Origin: an uncultured bacterium
Lineage (GTDB): Bacteria; Patescibacteriota; Minisyncoccia; UBA6257; 2-01-FULL-56-20
DNA: 64,000 bases
Reading direction: 5' to 3'
NCBI GenBank assembly: GCA_963696395.1
Contig: CAVOJZ010000002.1
Span: forward strand, 134,433 to 198,432
Positions 28,545 to 37,353 of this stretch are shown piece after piece (position 1 is the stretch's first letter; each line of letters starts with the position of its first letter). The translations under genes and the position numbers were made by a program. The notes under the pieces were generated by a model that did no database searches, was not told the DNA's origin, and saw only the letters and a program-made list of their open reading frames with translations.

Positions 28545-28593
28545 GGGTAATAGTATATGCGAAACGAAGGGATTTCGTCAAATTGCGGGCTGC

Positions 28594-29280
28594 CTAGTCT
28601 GCCTGCCGGATAACGAGCTCCCCGCTCGGAACATCCAGGAGTAAGTTGCCCACAATCTTCCCGGCCACAGAGGCAGGTGTCATATAAGTGCCGATGTCCG
28701 CCGGTTTCTGCTCGTCAAAGAGATCGGTCTGCATCCGTGCCGGATAAACGCCGATAAGGCTGATGGAGCTGCCTTCAATTTCTAATTGCAGTGATTTCGT
28801 GAACCCGGTCGCGGCATATTTGCTGGCGCAATAGGCCGAATCCTGGGCCTTCGCCGCAAGACCGCTCGTTGAAAGAATATTCACAATGATCCCTGTCCCC
28901 TGCTTCTTCATCTGCGCAAGCGCAGCTCGTGAACCATACATAGTCCCGAACACGTTTACCTCCATCACTTGATGCACTCGTTTCATGTCGAGTTCTTCGA
29001 CCGGTTCATGAGGAATCCATATCCCGGCATTGTTCACCCAAATATCAAGTCGGCCAAATTTTTCGATCGTTCTCGAAACCAGCTGATTAATATCTTGCTC
29101 GTTCGTCACGTCGGCAAGGATACCCGTGGCGCCCACCTCGGTCGCGACACTTGCAACCTCTGCTTCATCTTTCCCACTCACAACAACGGTTGCTCCTTCC
29201 TTTATGAAAGCCTCTGCGAGCGCTTTGCCGAGTCCTTTTGTCGAACCTGTGACCACAACGACTTTTCCTTTCACAATCAT
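28594..29280 (-). CDS. SDR-family oxidoreductase
   Basis: Motifs TGxxxGLG, NNAG, YCASK. Confidence 0.93.
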   Translation of the reverse strand: MIVKGKVVVVTGSTKGLGKALAEAFIKEGATVVVSGKDEAEVASVATEVGATGILADVTNEQDINQLVSRTIEKFGRLDIWVNNAGIWIPHEPVEELDMKRVHQVMEVNVFGTMYGSRAALAQMKKQGTGIIVNILSTSGLAAKAQDSAYCASKYAATGFTKSLQLEIEGSSISLIGVYPARMQTDLFDEQKPADIGTYMTPASVAGKIVGNLLLDVPSGELVIRQAD

Positions 29281-29377
29281 AAAAAAATCATAACTCCGTT
29301 CCGTTGTTTTAACAATGAAAAATCCGGCGCTTTAGGATGCCGGACTTTTCAAATCGAACTTTAGGCGCGATATGAAA

Positions 29378-30064
29378 CTATCGCGTCTCGGTATGATCGC
29401 GAAGGCGACCAATGAGATGATTCGCGTAATCCTTTCCGCCGAGACCGAAGGCCAATCCACCCGCGAGGGCGAGCATGGCGATGAATCCGGTCACGAGCGT
29501 CTGGATGATCGTTGCCGCAATGTTCAATTGCTGCAAAGCCGCGAGCAATCCAAACACGACAACCGCCCACCACGTGAGTGAGCCAAGGAACTGCGCCGAG
29601 CGCAATTTTGCGCTCAAAACCGATGCAATCACGATGCGGCGCAGGAAGTTCGCGAGCACGAGTGCCGCGAGCATAATGAGCACCGCTGCGATCACGCTCT
29701 GCCACAGGTACGTGACCACGCTCGTCAGGAACAATGAGAACGTATACAACCCGAGCGACTGGGTCACGGCAAGCAGGAACGAAATCACGACAAACCAGTA
29801 CACCAACCGACCGAGAAAATACGAAGCGCGCATGCGCAATCCGGCCCGCTCAAAAAACGGCTTCAATCCAAGTTTTTCGAGGAACTGATCGAGATGAAGG
29901 CCTTCAAATATTTTCTCGACGAGGGCACCGAGCCCTGCGGCCACGATGAGACCGACGATCAATACGATAATCGCGGCGATAAGATTCGGAACGAAATTCG
30001 CAAACCCGAGCCAAAGATTCTGGAGGGATCCAACGATCACATCCGTCCAATTCTGCACAATCAT
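29378..30064 (-). CDS. CmpX-like / MscS TM-helix-repeat membrane protein
   Basis: Motifs FVPNLIAAIIVLIVG and LAFGLGGKD. Confidence 0.8.
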   Translation of the reverse strand: MIVQNWTDVIVGSLQNLWLGFANFVPNLIAAIIVLIVGLIVAAGLGALVEKIFEGLHLDQFLEKLGLKPFFERAGLRMRASYFLGRLVYWFVVISFLLAVTQSLGLYTFSLFLTSVVTYLWQSVIAAVLIMLAALVLANFLRRIVIASVLSAKLRSAQFLGSLTWWAVVVFGLLAALQQLNIAATIIQTLVTGFIAMLALAGGLAFGLGGKDYANHLIGRLRDHTETR

Positions 30065-30144
30065 AAGGTTAACAAGTTATTTGTCTTAAATTCCGACCTT
30101 TGGAAGTCACCTTCTGGACTTTCATTTAGTATACCAAACTGACG

Positions 30145-30193
30145 TGGTGGACTCAGCGAGAATCGGACTCGCGCCTCCGCAATGCGAATGCGG
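30145..30193 (-). repeat. duplicated 3' part of tRNA-Ala(CGC), ending in CCA
   Basis: 30147-30193 is identical to 30223-30269 (47 bp). Confidence 0.95.
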
Positions 30194-30223
30194 ACACAGC
30201 TCTCAATTTCGTTTACCTTATTG

Positions 30224-30294
30224 TGGACTCAGCGAGAATCGGACTCGCGCCTCCGCAATGCGAATGCGGCGTAATACCACTTTACTATGAGCCC
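30224..30294 (-). tRNA. tRNA-Ala(CGC)
   Basis: Anticodon arm CCGCA-TTCGCAT-TGCGG; G3.U70. Confidence 0.93.
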
Positions 30295-30344
30295 AGCTTC
30301 TGAGGCTAATAGTAAACGAAATTGAGAGCGTTTTAAACTGCTTA

Positions 30345-30500
30345 TCGCGCGCCTTCGGCGCGACCCACTTTAATATGAGCCCGAGCGAGGAAAGAATATG
30401 CGCGTTGCGCGTATATTCTTTACGAGCGAGGGAGGCATATGGCCGAAGGCCATATGAGCCCGAGCATCAATGGCGCCAGCCATATGAGCCCGAGCGAGTT
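30345..30500. repeat. cluster of GA-rich hairpins with three ATATGAGCCCGAGC repeats
   Basis: Repeats start at 30373, 30452 and 30482, with nested hairpins between them. Confidence 0.8.
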
Positions 30501-30532
30501 TCAGAATAACACCTCTCGCGCGACCTTTCAAA

Positions 30533-32767
30533 TCATTCCGCCGGCACAGCCGGTGCGGCAACCGCTTCAGCCGCTTCGAGCTTCAGCGAGATAATTTTTG
30601 AACTGCCGTCTTCGGCAAGGGTAACGCCGTACAAGATCTCGGCGGCCTCCATGGTGGCTCGGTTGTGCGTCACGACAATAAATTGCGTCCGTTTGGAAAA
30701 ATCCTTCAACATTTCGCCGAACCTGCGCGCATTGCGTTCATCGAGCGGCGCATCAATCTCGTCGAGGACGAGAAACGGCGGCGGGCTCACCGACACCATC
30801 GCAAAGAGCGCCGCGATACCGACCAAACTTCGCTCGCCACCGGAAAGCACATCGAGAGAGGTCGTTTTCTTTCGCGGCAACTTCACCTCAATTTCCACCC
30901 CACCGACACGTTCGGGAAGATTATTCGCTTCCTCTTCTGCTGCGGCTTCCTTTTTTTCGAATTCAGTCAGGTCGGCATTCGCCTCACCATCTTCTTCCTC
31001 TTCGAGGGCTTCCCCTTTTGGCTTCAACACCTTGAGCCGCGCGGTGCCCCCACCGAACATAAGGCTGAAAAATTTATCGAATTCATCGTTGATTTTCGAC
31101 AATGATTTTTCGAATTCCGATTTTATCTTATCCGAGAGATCAACCATAAGAGTCCGCAAATCATTCACGGCTTTCGTAAGATCTTCGGATTCCTTGCGCA
31201 AGAATTCATAGCGGGTTTCTGTGTCGGTCGCCTCCTTCATGAGCGACTCATCAACCTCTCCGATGCTCGCGAGGTCACCGCGCAGGCGGAAAATACGCCG
31301 CTCCATTTCATTAAAATCAACGCCAGGGCCTACCGGCGCGGCATCCCGAAATTCATCGGCGCGACGGCCGGCCTGGTCGATTTGATGCAAAACTTCTTCA
31401 CGCCGCAGATCAATGCGCTCTTTTTGGAGAAGCAATTCGCGATTTCCTTTCTCCCACTCATCAAGACGCCCCTGTGAATTCTGAACGTCGGCGACGGCAC
31501 CTTTAAAATTCTTGTAAAATTCCTCCTGACCATGTTCGAGTGATCTCTCCCGCTCCCGAAGGGCGGTAATCCCGCTTTCGAGGCTCTGTAAATCCTTCGC
31601 GGTTTTTTCGAGGTCGCGGCGAAGAGAATCGGGCACGGCCGCCGGTTTTTCATCCCGCTCTTCAAGGGCGAAACCGATCTCTTCAAGCACGGTTTCAATA
31701 GCCGCCTGCACGCCAAGCGGTTCCTCATTCAAAGCCTCCTCAAGCTCTGATTTTATCTTTTGCAAAACATCAACAAAATGTTCCACCGAGCGATCGCTCC
31801 TTGATACGCCCGATTTTTTTGCCATTTCAATCTGCGCCTCAATACGGCCGAGATCTTTTTGGAGATCGCTCCTTGATTCCGAAAGGGTGCGAATCTCGTC
31901 TTTTATTTTTTGGAGTTCTTTGCGTTCCTCCGGCTGGCTAGCCTCAATGGCCGCCTGTCTCGTTTCCGCCGCCTTTTTCTGCCTATCCAAGTGCTCGAAT
32001 TCCTTTTGATGTTCTTCCATTTTAGCCGCAACGGCTGAGGCCTTTTCGTGCAATTCGCGAAGGTGTGATCCGAAGAAATGTCCTTCGAGTGTCTTGAGTT
32101 CTTCCTGAAGAGCCCCGCGGCGCTCCCAGCGTCCTGTCTGCCGTTTTAACGATCGAAGGTGAGGCAAAATCTCCTCGATAAGCGCAGTGACTTTGTCGAG
32201 GTTTATTTTACTGTTTTTTAACCTTCGCTCAGCGTCGGCATATTTCAGCTGGTATTCCCGAAGTCCAAGAATCTCCTCTATCATCTCCCTCCTTTCGAGC
32301 GGCGTTGAACGGATAAAAAGGTCGCTATCCCCCTGACCAATGATGATAAGACCCCGGCTGCCGAGACGGGCTTTTGCAAAAAAATCTATCAGGTCACGGA
32401 GCAGAATCTCCGATTTGTTTAAAAAATATTTGCTTTGGCCGTCGCGACGAATCTCACGGGAAACCACCACCTCCTCAAAATCCACCGGGAAAAATTTATT
32501 CTTGTTTTCAAAGTGGAGACTGGCGCTTGCCATGCCCACCCGGGGCCGCTTCACGGTTCCCGAAAAAATCAGGTCTTCCACCTTTGCCCCGCGAAGATTT
32601 TTTGCATCGCGCTCACCGAGGAGCCACCGTAAAGCATCCACAATGTTGGACTTTCCCGAACCATTCGGCCCGACGATCGCGACGATGCCGGCAGGAAATT
32701 CCAGAACCGTCTTTCCCGCGAAAGATTTGAATCCATTCACTTCAAGTCGTTTCAGAAAATGTGGCAT
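30533..32767 (-). CDS. smc: short SMC-family ATPase
   Basis: Motifs GFKSF, GPNGSGKSN, LSGGE, LDEIDAPLD; only 744 aa. Confidence 0.9.
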   Translation of the reverse strand: MPHFLKRLEVNGFKSFAGKTVLEFPAGIVAIVGPNGSGKSNIVDALRWLLGERDAKNLRGAKVEDLIFSGTVKRPRVGMASASLHFENKNKFFPVDFEEVVVSREIRRDGQSKYFLNKSEILLRDLIDFFAKARLGSRGLIIIGQGDSDLFIRSTPLERREMIEEILGLREYQLKYADAERRLKNSKINLDKVTALIEEILPHLRSLKRQTGRWERRGALQEELKTLEGHFFGSHLRELHEKASAVAAKMEEHQKEFEHLDRQKKAAETRQAAIEASQPEERKELQKIKDEIRTLSESRSDLQKDLGRIEAQIEMAKKSGVSRSDRSVEHFVDVLQKIKSELEEALNEEPLGVQAAIETVLEEIGFALEERDEKPAAVPDSLRRDLEKTAKDLQSLESGITALRERERSLEHGQEEFYKNFKGAVADVQNSQGRLDEWEKGNRELLLQKERIDLRREEVLHQIDQAGRRADEFRDAAPVGPGVDFNEMERRIFRLRGDLASIGEVDESLMKEATDTETRYEFLRKESEDLTKAVNDLRTLMVDLSDKIKSEFEKSLSKINDEFDKFFSLMFGGGTARLKVLKPKGEALEEEEDGEANADLTEFEKKEAAAEEEANNLPERVGGVEIEVKLPRKKTTSLDVLSGGERSLVGIAALFAMVSVSPPPFLVLDEIDAPLDERNARRFGEMLKDFSKRTQFIVVTHNRATMEAAEILYGVTLAEDGSSKIISLKLEAAEAVAAPAVPAE

Positions 32768-32775
32768 GGCCGTAT

Positions 32776-33480
32776 TTAATCCTGCTTTTTTAGCGCATTT
32801 TTTGCCGCCTCAAGTTCCGCTTCCTGTTTCGAAGTCCCCTTTCCCTCGGCAATCAGTTTTTCACCAAAATAAACGCCCATCGTAAAAACCCGCTTGTGCG
32901 GCGGCCCCGATTCATCGAGGACTTTGTAGGTGGGCGTCATCTTCATCCGTTCCTGCACAAACTCCTGCAGCTCGCTCTTTGCATCGCGATAACTTTTTGT
33001 TTTCAAAACCTCATCGAGATTATTCATTACAAATTTTGCGACAAACGGTCGCGTAGCCTCGAAACCCTGATCGATGTACATAGCACCAATAAGCGCTTCC
33101 ATGGCATTCGCAAGAATCACCTCGCGGGCTTTCCCGGTATCTTTCTTTTCCCCACGCGACATCAAAATGAATTGCTGGAGGCCTATATGCTCCGCCACTT
33201 TCGCAAGGATCTGATAATTGACCAGCGCCGCACGCAACACCGTAAGCTGGCCTTCAGGATATTCCGGAAATTTTTCAAAAAGCTCTTCCGATACCAAAAG
33301 TTCGAGAACGGCATCACCCAGATATTCAAGGCGCTCGTTATGCGGCAAGCGCCATCTCGGAAATTCATTCAAATACGACCGATGCGTGAGTGCTTCGGTC
33401 AATAAATCTTCGTTCTTAAATGTTATACCTATGGTTTTTGCGAGCGCATCATGCGCTGTCAAAGCAGAATTCCGCGTCAT
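32776..33480 (-). CDS. rnc: ribonuclease III
   Basis: Motif NERLEYLGDAVL plus a dsRBD. Confidence 0.98.
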   Translation of the reverse strand: MTRNSALTAHDALAKTIGITFKNEDLLTEALTHRSYLNEFPRWRLPHNERLEYLGDAVLELLVSEELFEKFPEYPEGQLTVLRAALVNYQILAKVAEHIGLQQFILMSRGEKKDTGKAREVILANAMEALIGAMYIDQGFEATRPFVAKFVMNNLDEVLKTKSYRDAKSELQEFVQERMKMTPTYKVLDESGPPHKRVFTMGVYFGEKLIAEGKGTSKQEAELEAAKNALKKQD

Positions 33481-33482
33481 AG

Positions 33483-33938
33483 TTAGGATTTGCCCGCCGG
33501 CGCCTCACCCGCCAGCTTCTTTTCGTTCACTTCCCGATAGATAGTGCCAAGCACGCCATTGATGAAACGCGCCGCGTTCGGGCCGCCGTAATTTTTTGCG
33601 AGTTCAATGGATTCGTTAATGGCAACCTTCGGTGGCACCTCTTCCGGGTCGGCGTATAACAACTCATAAAGACCAATGCGGAGAATGTTGCGGTCGATGA
33701 TTGCGATTTTATCGAGCGGCCACTCCGGGGCAGCTTTTCGGATGATATTATCAATGTCGCGAAGGTGCTCGGCGACGCCCTGGAGGATTTTCCAGCCAAA
33801 TTCGGGCTCATCCACTCCGGGGGCGAATTCGGCCATGTTCCGTTCAAGAATCTCGGTTATGTCCTTTTTTTGTTTATAAAAATCCCACTCATAGAGTGAT
33901 TGGAGTACTACTGTTCGGATGAGATGCCGGGTGGCCAT
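33483..33938 (-). CDS. nusB: transcription antitermination factor NusB
   Basis: Motifs DRNILR, PPKVAINE, FINGVLG. Confidence 0.97.
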   Translation of the reverse strand: MATRHLIRTVVLQSLYEWDFYKQKKDITEILERNMAEFAPGVDEPEFGWKILQGVAEHLRDIDNIIRKAAPEWPLDKIAIIDRNILRIGLYELLYADPEEVPPKVAINESIELAKNYGGPNAARFINGVLGTIYREVNEKKLAGEAPAGKS

Positions 33939-33978
33939 GGAAAGAGCTATATCTGCAAGGAACAACGAACTGAAACCA

Positions 33979-34131
33979 TTATTTCTTGCCGCATTGTGGA
34001 CAGGCACGATGCGCAAGCTTGGGTGCGCCGCAGTTTTTGCAAACAAACAGGCGCTGTTTCTTCATTGCCAAATGCGATCGACGCCGACCGACTTTTCCTT
34101 TTGTGTGATGTTTAAGTGGTACGCCTCCCAT
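33979..34131 (-). CDS. rpmF: 50S ribosomal protein L32 (not in the ORF track)
   Basis: Manual translation MGGVPLKHHTKGKVGRRRSH..CKNCG..HRACPQCGKK. Confidence 0.93.
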   Translation of the reverse strand: MGGVPLKHHTKGKVGRRRSHLAMKKQRLFVCKNCGAPKLAHRACPQCGKK

Positions 34132-34145
34132 ATGAATTAATACGT

Positions 34146-34754
34146 TTATTGTACTTTTTGGGCCAGAAAAGTCAACCGATGCGCCGCAGTCGGCCCAAAA
34201 CGACGAATCGCCGCTAGGTGTACCTTTGTTCCATACCCCTTATGGATTTCAAACCCGTATTCGGGATATTTTTTGCCAAGCCGGCGCATGAAGTTATCAC
34301 GGGCAACTTTCGCAACAATAGAAGCCACGGCAACCGCACGAATTTTTTCGTCCCCCTTTATAACCGTCTTTGCATTTGAGGGCTGGCTCGCCCGGTTTTT
34401 CAAATAAAGACCGCCATCGAGGAAAATTTTGGTTTTGCCTAATTTCCCGCGTGATAGTGCCTGCTTTCTTGCCAACCTCGAAAACGCCCGATGAGCAGCA
34501 AGATTCGCAGCCTGCGATATATTCAAGATCTCAATCTGGCGCGGGTATACCCGTGCGACAGCATAGGTTATATGTGAATTATTCTTAAAATATGAAAACC
34601 ATGCCTCGCGCTGCTTTGCGCTCAATTTTTTAGAATCTTTTAATTTCCCGAGTTTGGGATTTTTGAAATTTCCCCGCACCATGGCGGCTACTACAACAAC
34701 CGGACCCGCCAGGCATCCCCGGCCAACTTCATCTATTCCGACGATCCGTTCCAT
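34146..34754 (-). CDS. rnhB: ribonuclease HII
   Basis: Motifs GIDEVGRG.LAGP, DSKKL, ASIVAKV.RD, HKGYGT. Confidence 0.96.
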   Translation of the reverse strand: MERIVGIDEVGRGCLAGPVVVVAAMVRGNFKNPKLGKLKDSKKLSAKQREAWFSYFKNNSHITYAVARVYPRQIEILNISQAANLAAHRAFSRLARKQALSRGKLGKTKIFLDGGLYLKNRASQPSNAKTVIKGDEKIRAVAVASIVAKVARDNFMRRLGKKYPEYGFEIHKGYGTKVHLAAIRRFGPTAAHRLTFLAQKVQ

Positions 34755-34755
34755 C

Positions 34756-35184
34756 TTAGAAAATACCCGCCGCCGGAGAAATTCCGGTTCCGTTGAGCGC
34801 GCTATTGATAGTGCCGATGTAGGATTGGACGAATGCAAAGGTGAGCCACAAAGTGATGATCGTCGAAAGGGTCGTCGCGATAATAAGATACATGCCGAGG
34901 CGTTGCGCCTTAGGATCGGGATTCCGGAAATATTTTACTCCGGGCCAATAGCCGAGCGGCGGCAAAAGAATCGCAACAACATAAAGCGTGATCTGCTTAA
35001 AAAGCGAAGTTGAAAGATTTTGATCTTTAAGCGATTTACCGCAATTCGGACAGAATGTGTAATTGGCCGGCACAACAGAACCGCACGAATTGCAGACAGT
35101 GCTTGTCGCAGAAATCTGTTGCGCTACAGCCGTCGGTGTAGCAGGTGGAACTGGAGGCATCGGCGGCAGGTTGGATTCGTCCAT
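34756..35184 (-). CDS. zinc-ribbon membrane protein
   Basis: CNSCG..FCPNCG followed by two TM helices. Confidence 0.8.
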   Translation of the reverse strand: MDESNLPPMPPVPPATPTAVAQQISATSTVCNSCGSVVPANYTFCPNCGKSLKDQNLSTSLFKQITLYVVAILLPPLGYWPGVKYFRNPDPKAQRLGMYLIIATTLSTIITLWLTFAFVQSYIGTINSALNGTGISPAAGIF

Positions 35185-35269
35185 TTATCCTATTTTAGCA
35201 TGAAACGAAAGAGTCTCCTTGTCGCCGGAAGCGAATTGAAAATGAAAACATAGCTTGGTGTGGGCAGAG

Positions 35270-35342
35270 TGCCCCCACCAGGATTCGAACCTGGGACCGT
35301 CTCCTTAAAAGGGAGCTGCTCTACCAACTGAGCTATAGGGGC
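35270..35342 (-). tRNA. tRNA-Lys(TTT)
   Basis: Cloverleaf; anticodon loop CTTTTAA. Confidence 0.95.
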
Positions 35343-35416
35343 ACTCTGCCCACACTTCTTCAAACTATGCTTTCATTTTCAATGAGCGACCCAGCGGGCG
35401 AAATTCTGATTTCGCC

Positions 35417-35452
35417 AAAGGGAGCTGCTCTACCAACTGAGCTATAGGGGCA
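35417..35452 (-). repeat. duplicated 5' half of tRNA-Lys
   Basis: Identical to 35308-35343 (36 bp). Confidence 0.95.
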
Positions 35453-35502
35453 AGGTCTTGCTTAATATAATTAAAAATGCTGAAAATTTCAACTAAAATC
35501 GT

Positions 35503-35736
35503 TTATGCCTTCGTGTGGAGCTTGCCCCACGAAATCCTGTTCCATACTCTTTCGTGAAGATAGTAGGCAACCGTAGTATAGAGATTGCTTATCACAACGA
35601 ACCCGATTGCAACGTCGGTGTTGCGGGTGAAAAGAAAAATGACCGAAAAATCCAAAATGACAATGACGATGCGGTAGCTCACTGCTTTCACAATCGATCG
35701 CCATTGGCTTTCCTCGTGGCTGTGATGTTCGTGCAT
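35503..35736 (-). CDS. DUF2061-like membrane protein
   Basis: Motif RSIVKAVSYR..YYLHERVWNRISWG. Confidence 0.85.
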   Translation of the reverse strand: MHEHHSHEESQWRSIVKAVSYRIVIVILDFSVIFLFTRNTDVAIGFVVISNLYTTVAYYLHERVWNRISWGKLHTKA

Positions 35737-35743
35737 ATGGTGA

Positions 35744-36151
35744 TTATACTTTCTTTTTAAAAACCGTGAGTGTTTTGCGTTTGGAGTATCCGCACCGCAC
35801 GGCGAAGGCAAAGTTTTTCGGTTCTGTCTCAAAATAAATTGTGGTTCCCTTCGCAACCGCCGCAAACCTCTTCATCATGGCGAGGCCGACCCTTTGACGC
35901 TGATATTCGGGAACAATAATGAGATCGAGGATCTTCGTTTCAATGGCAAAATCGCTCAATGCACGGCCGATACCTACGAGTTCGCCCGCTTCATTCCTCG
36001 CGGAAACAACGATATCGCAATTCGCAAGCGATTTCTTCATGCGTGCAACGGAATAGTATGCGGGAGTCCCCCAGCCGAGCTCCACGTAGAGGGCGGCGGC
36101 CTCGGCGGGTTTCACGGATTTTTTATCGCTCGAGATCAAAACGTTTCCCAT
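35744..36151 (-). CDS. GNAT-family acetyltransferase
   Basis: Motif VPEYQRQRVG. Confidence 0.85.
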   Translation of the reverse strand: MGNVLISSDKKSVKPAEAAALYVELGWGTPAYYSVARMKKSLANCDIVVSARNEAGELVGIGRALSDFAIETKILDLIIVPEYQRQRVGLAMMKRFAAVAKGTTIYFETEPKNFAFAVRCGYSKRKTLTVFKKKV

Positions 36152-37353
36152 GTTTCAATGATCTCTTTATATTTCAGCGCACTCGGCCTGATACGCCGCT
36201 CCATCGTTTTATAATCGATTTCAACGAGTCCAAATCGAGGCCAGAAGCCGCTGTCCCATTCAAAGTTATCGATGAGCGACCAGTGAAGATAACCGCGCAC
36301 ATCTGCGCCGTCGCGGATCGCGTTTTTCACTGACCGAAGATGCTCGACGAGAAAATACTCCCGGTGCTTGTCGCGGACGTCCGCAACTCCGTTTTCGGTT
36401 ATGTAAATCGGCAACTGGTAACGCTTCAGGCTCATCAATACATTATAGAGGCTTTGGGGATGGAGCTCCCACGCCATATCCGATATCCGCTCGTTTTTAT
36501 TTTTTCCGTACCAGTGGTCAACCCGAATGTGGAAATAAAAATTAAGGCCGACAAAATCGGACATATTGCGTATGCCTCCAAAGAAATAGAAATTCCACAT
36601 CCGCTCGCCGAACCATGTGAGCGCGTGATTAATCGGACCGCCCGCCGATTCAAAATGAGCCATCTGCATAACACTTCCAACCTGGGCGTCGGGCATATGG
36701 GATTTTATCGCACGGTAAGCCGCGCGATGTGCGCGCATGAGCGCGTGCAGGCTCCTGAACCCGAGTCGAACGCTCCGCTTTTGCGGCGGCCATACGCCTT
36801 CCTGGTATGATTTCGAAGAAAAAACCTCCGGTTCGTTCACAAGAATCCAAAATCGAACGGTATCGCGATATTCCCGCGTAACCCGATCAACGAACTTTTT
36901 GAAATGCTCGGGAAATTCTTTACATAATACTCCCCCTTTTGCCGACAACCACACGGGCATTGTCCAATGGAACAACGTAACGAATGGTTCCATGTCGCGA
37001 TTTCGCAATTCTCTTATAACATCGCGATAATGTTCAATTTCTTTTTCGTTAAACTTCCCTTCTTCAGGTTCGATACGCGACCATTCGAGAGAAAAACGGT
37101 GAGCGTTGTGGCCAAGCGATTTTGCAATATCAAAATCTTCGCGAAAGCGGTTGTAGTGGTCTGCTGCACGGCCGGAAATATAATTTTCCTCCTGGAGCGG
37201 ACTTGGATAAGCGCCCAGCAAATGCTCATCCCATCTTTTCGCTCGCGCCGCCAACGCCAGCCGTTTGGCATTTTCCTTCTCCCACTCGGTCCAATTATTG
37301 TGGTTTCCGCCTTCAACCTGATGCGAACTCGTCGCCGCTCCGAAAAAGATCAT
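36136..37353 (-). CDS. glycoside hydrolase family 1
   Basis: Motifs GAATSSHQVEG, NEP, ITENG, DNFEW. Confidence 0.95.
   Translation of the reverse strand: MIFFGAATSSHQVEGGNHNNWTEWEKENAKRLALAARAKRWDEHLLGAYPSPLQEENYISGRAADHYNRFREDFDIAKSLGHNAHRFSLEWSRIEPEEGKFNEKEIEHYRDVIRELRNRDMEPFVTLFHWTMPVWLSAKGGVLCKEFPEHFKKFVDRVTREYRDTVRFWILVNEPEVFSSKSYQEGVWPPQKRSVRLGFRSLHALMRAHRAAYRAIKSHMPDAQVGSVMQMAHFESAGGPINHALTWFGERMWNFYFFGGIRNMSDFVGLNFYFHIRVDHWYGKNKNERISDMAWELHPQSLYNVLMSLKRYQLPIYITENGVADVRDKHREYFLVEHLRSVKNAIRDGADVRGYLHWSLIDNFEWDSGFWPRFGLVEIDYKTMERRIRPSALKYKEIIETWETF

Noticed and set aside
30373-30498. CRISPR array
   Set aside because: The repeats are only 14 bp and irregularly spaced, the spacers are self-complementary, and there are no cas genes.
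35308-35416. Group I intron in the tRNA-Lys anticodon loop
   Set aside because: About 109 nt, with no catalytic core motifs, and it contains a second tRNA 5' half.
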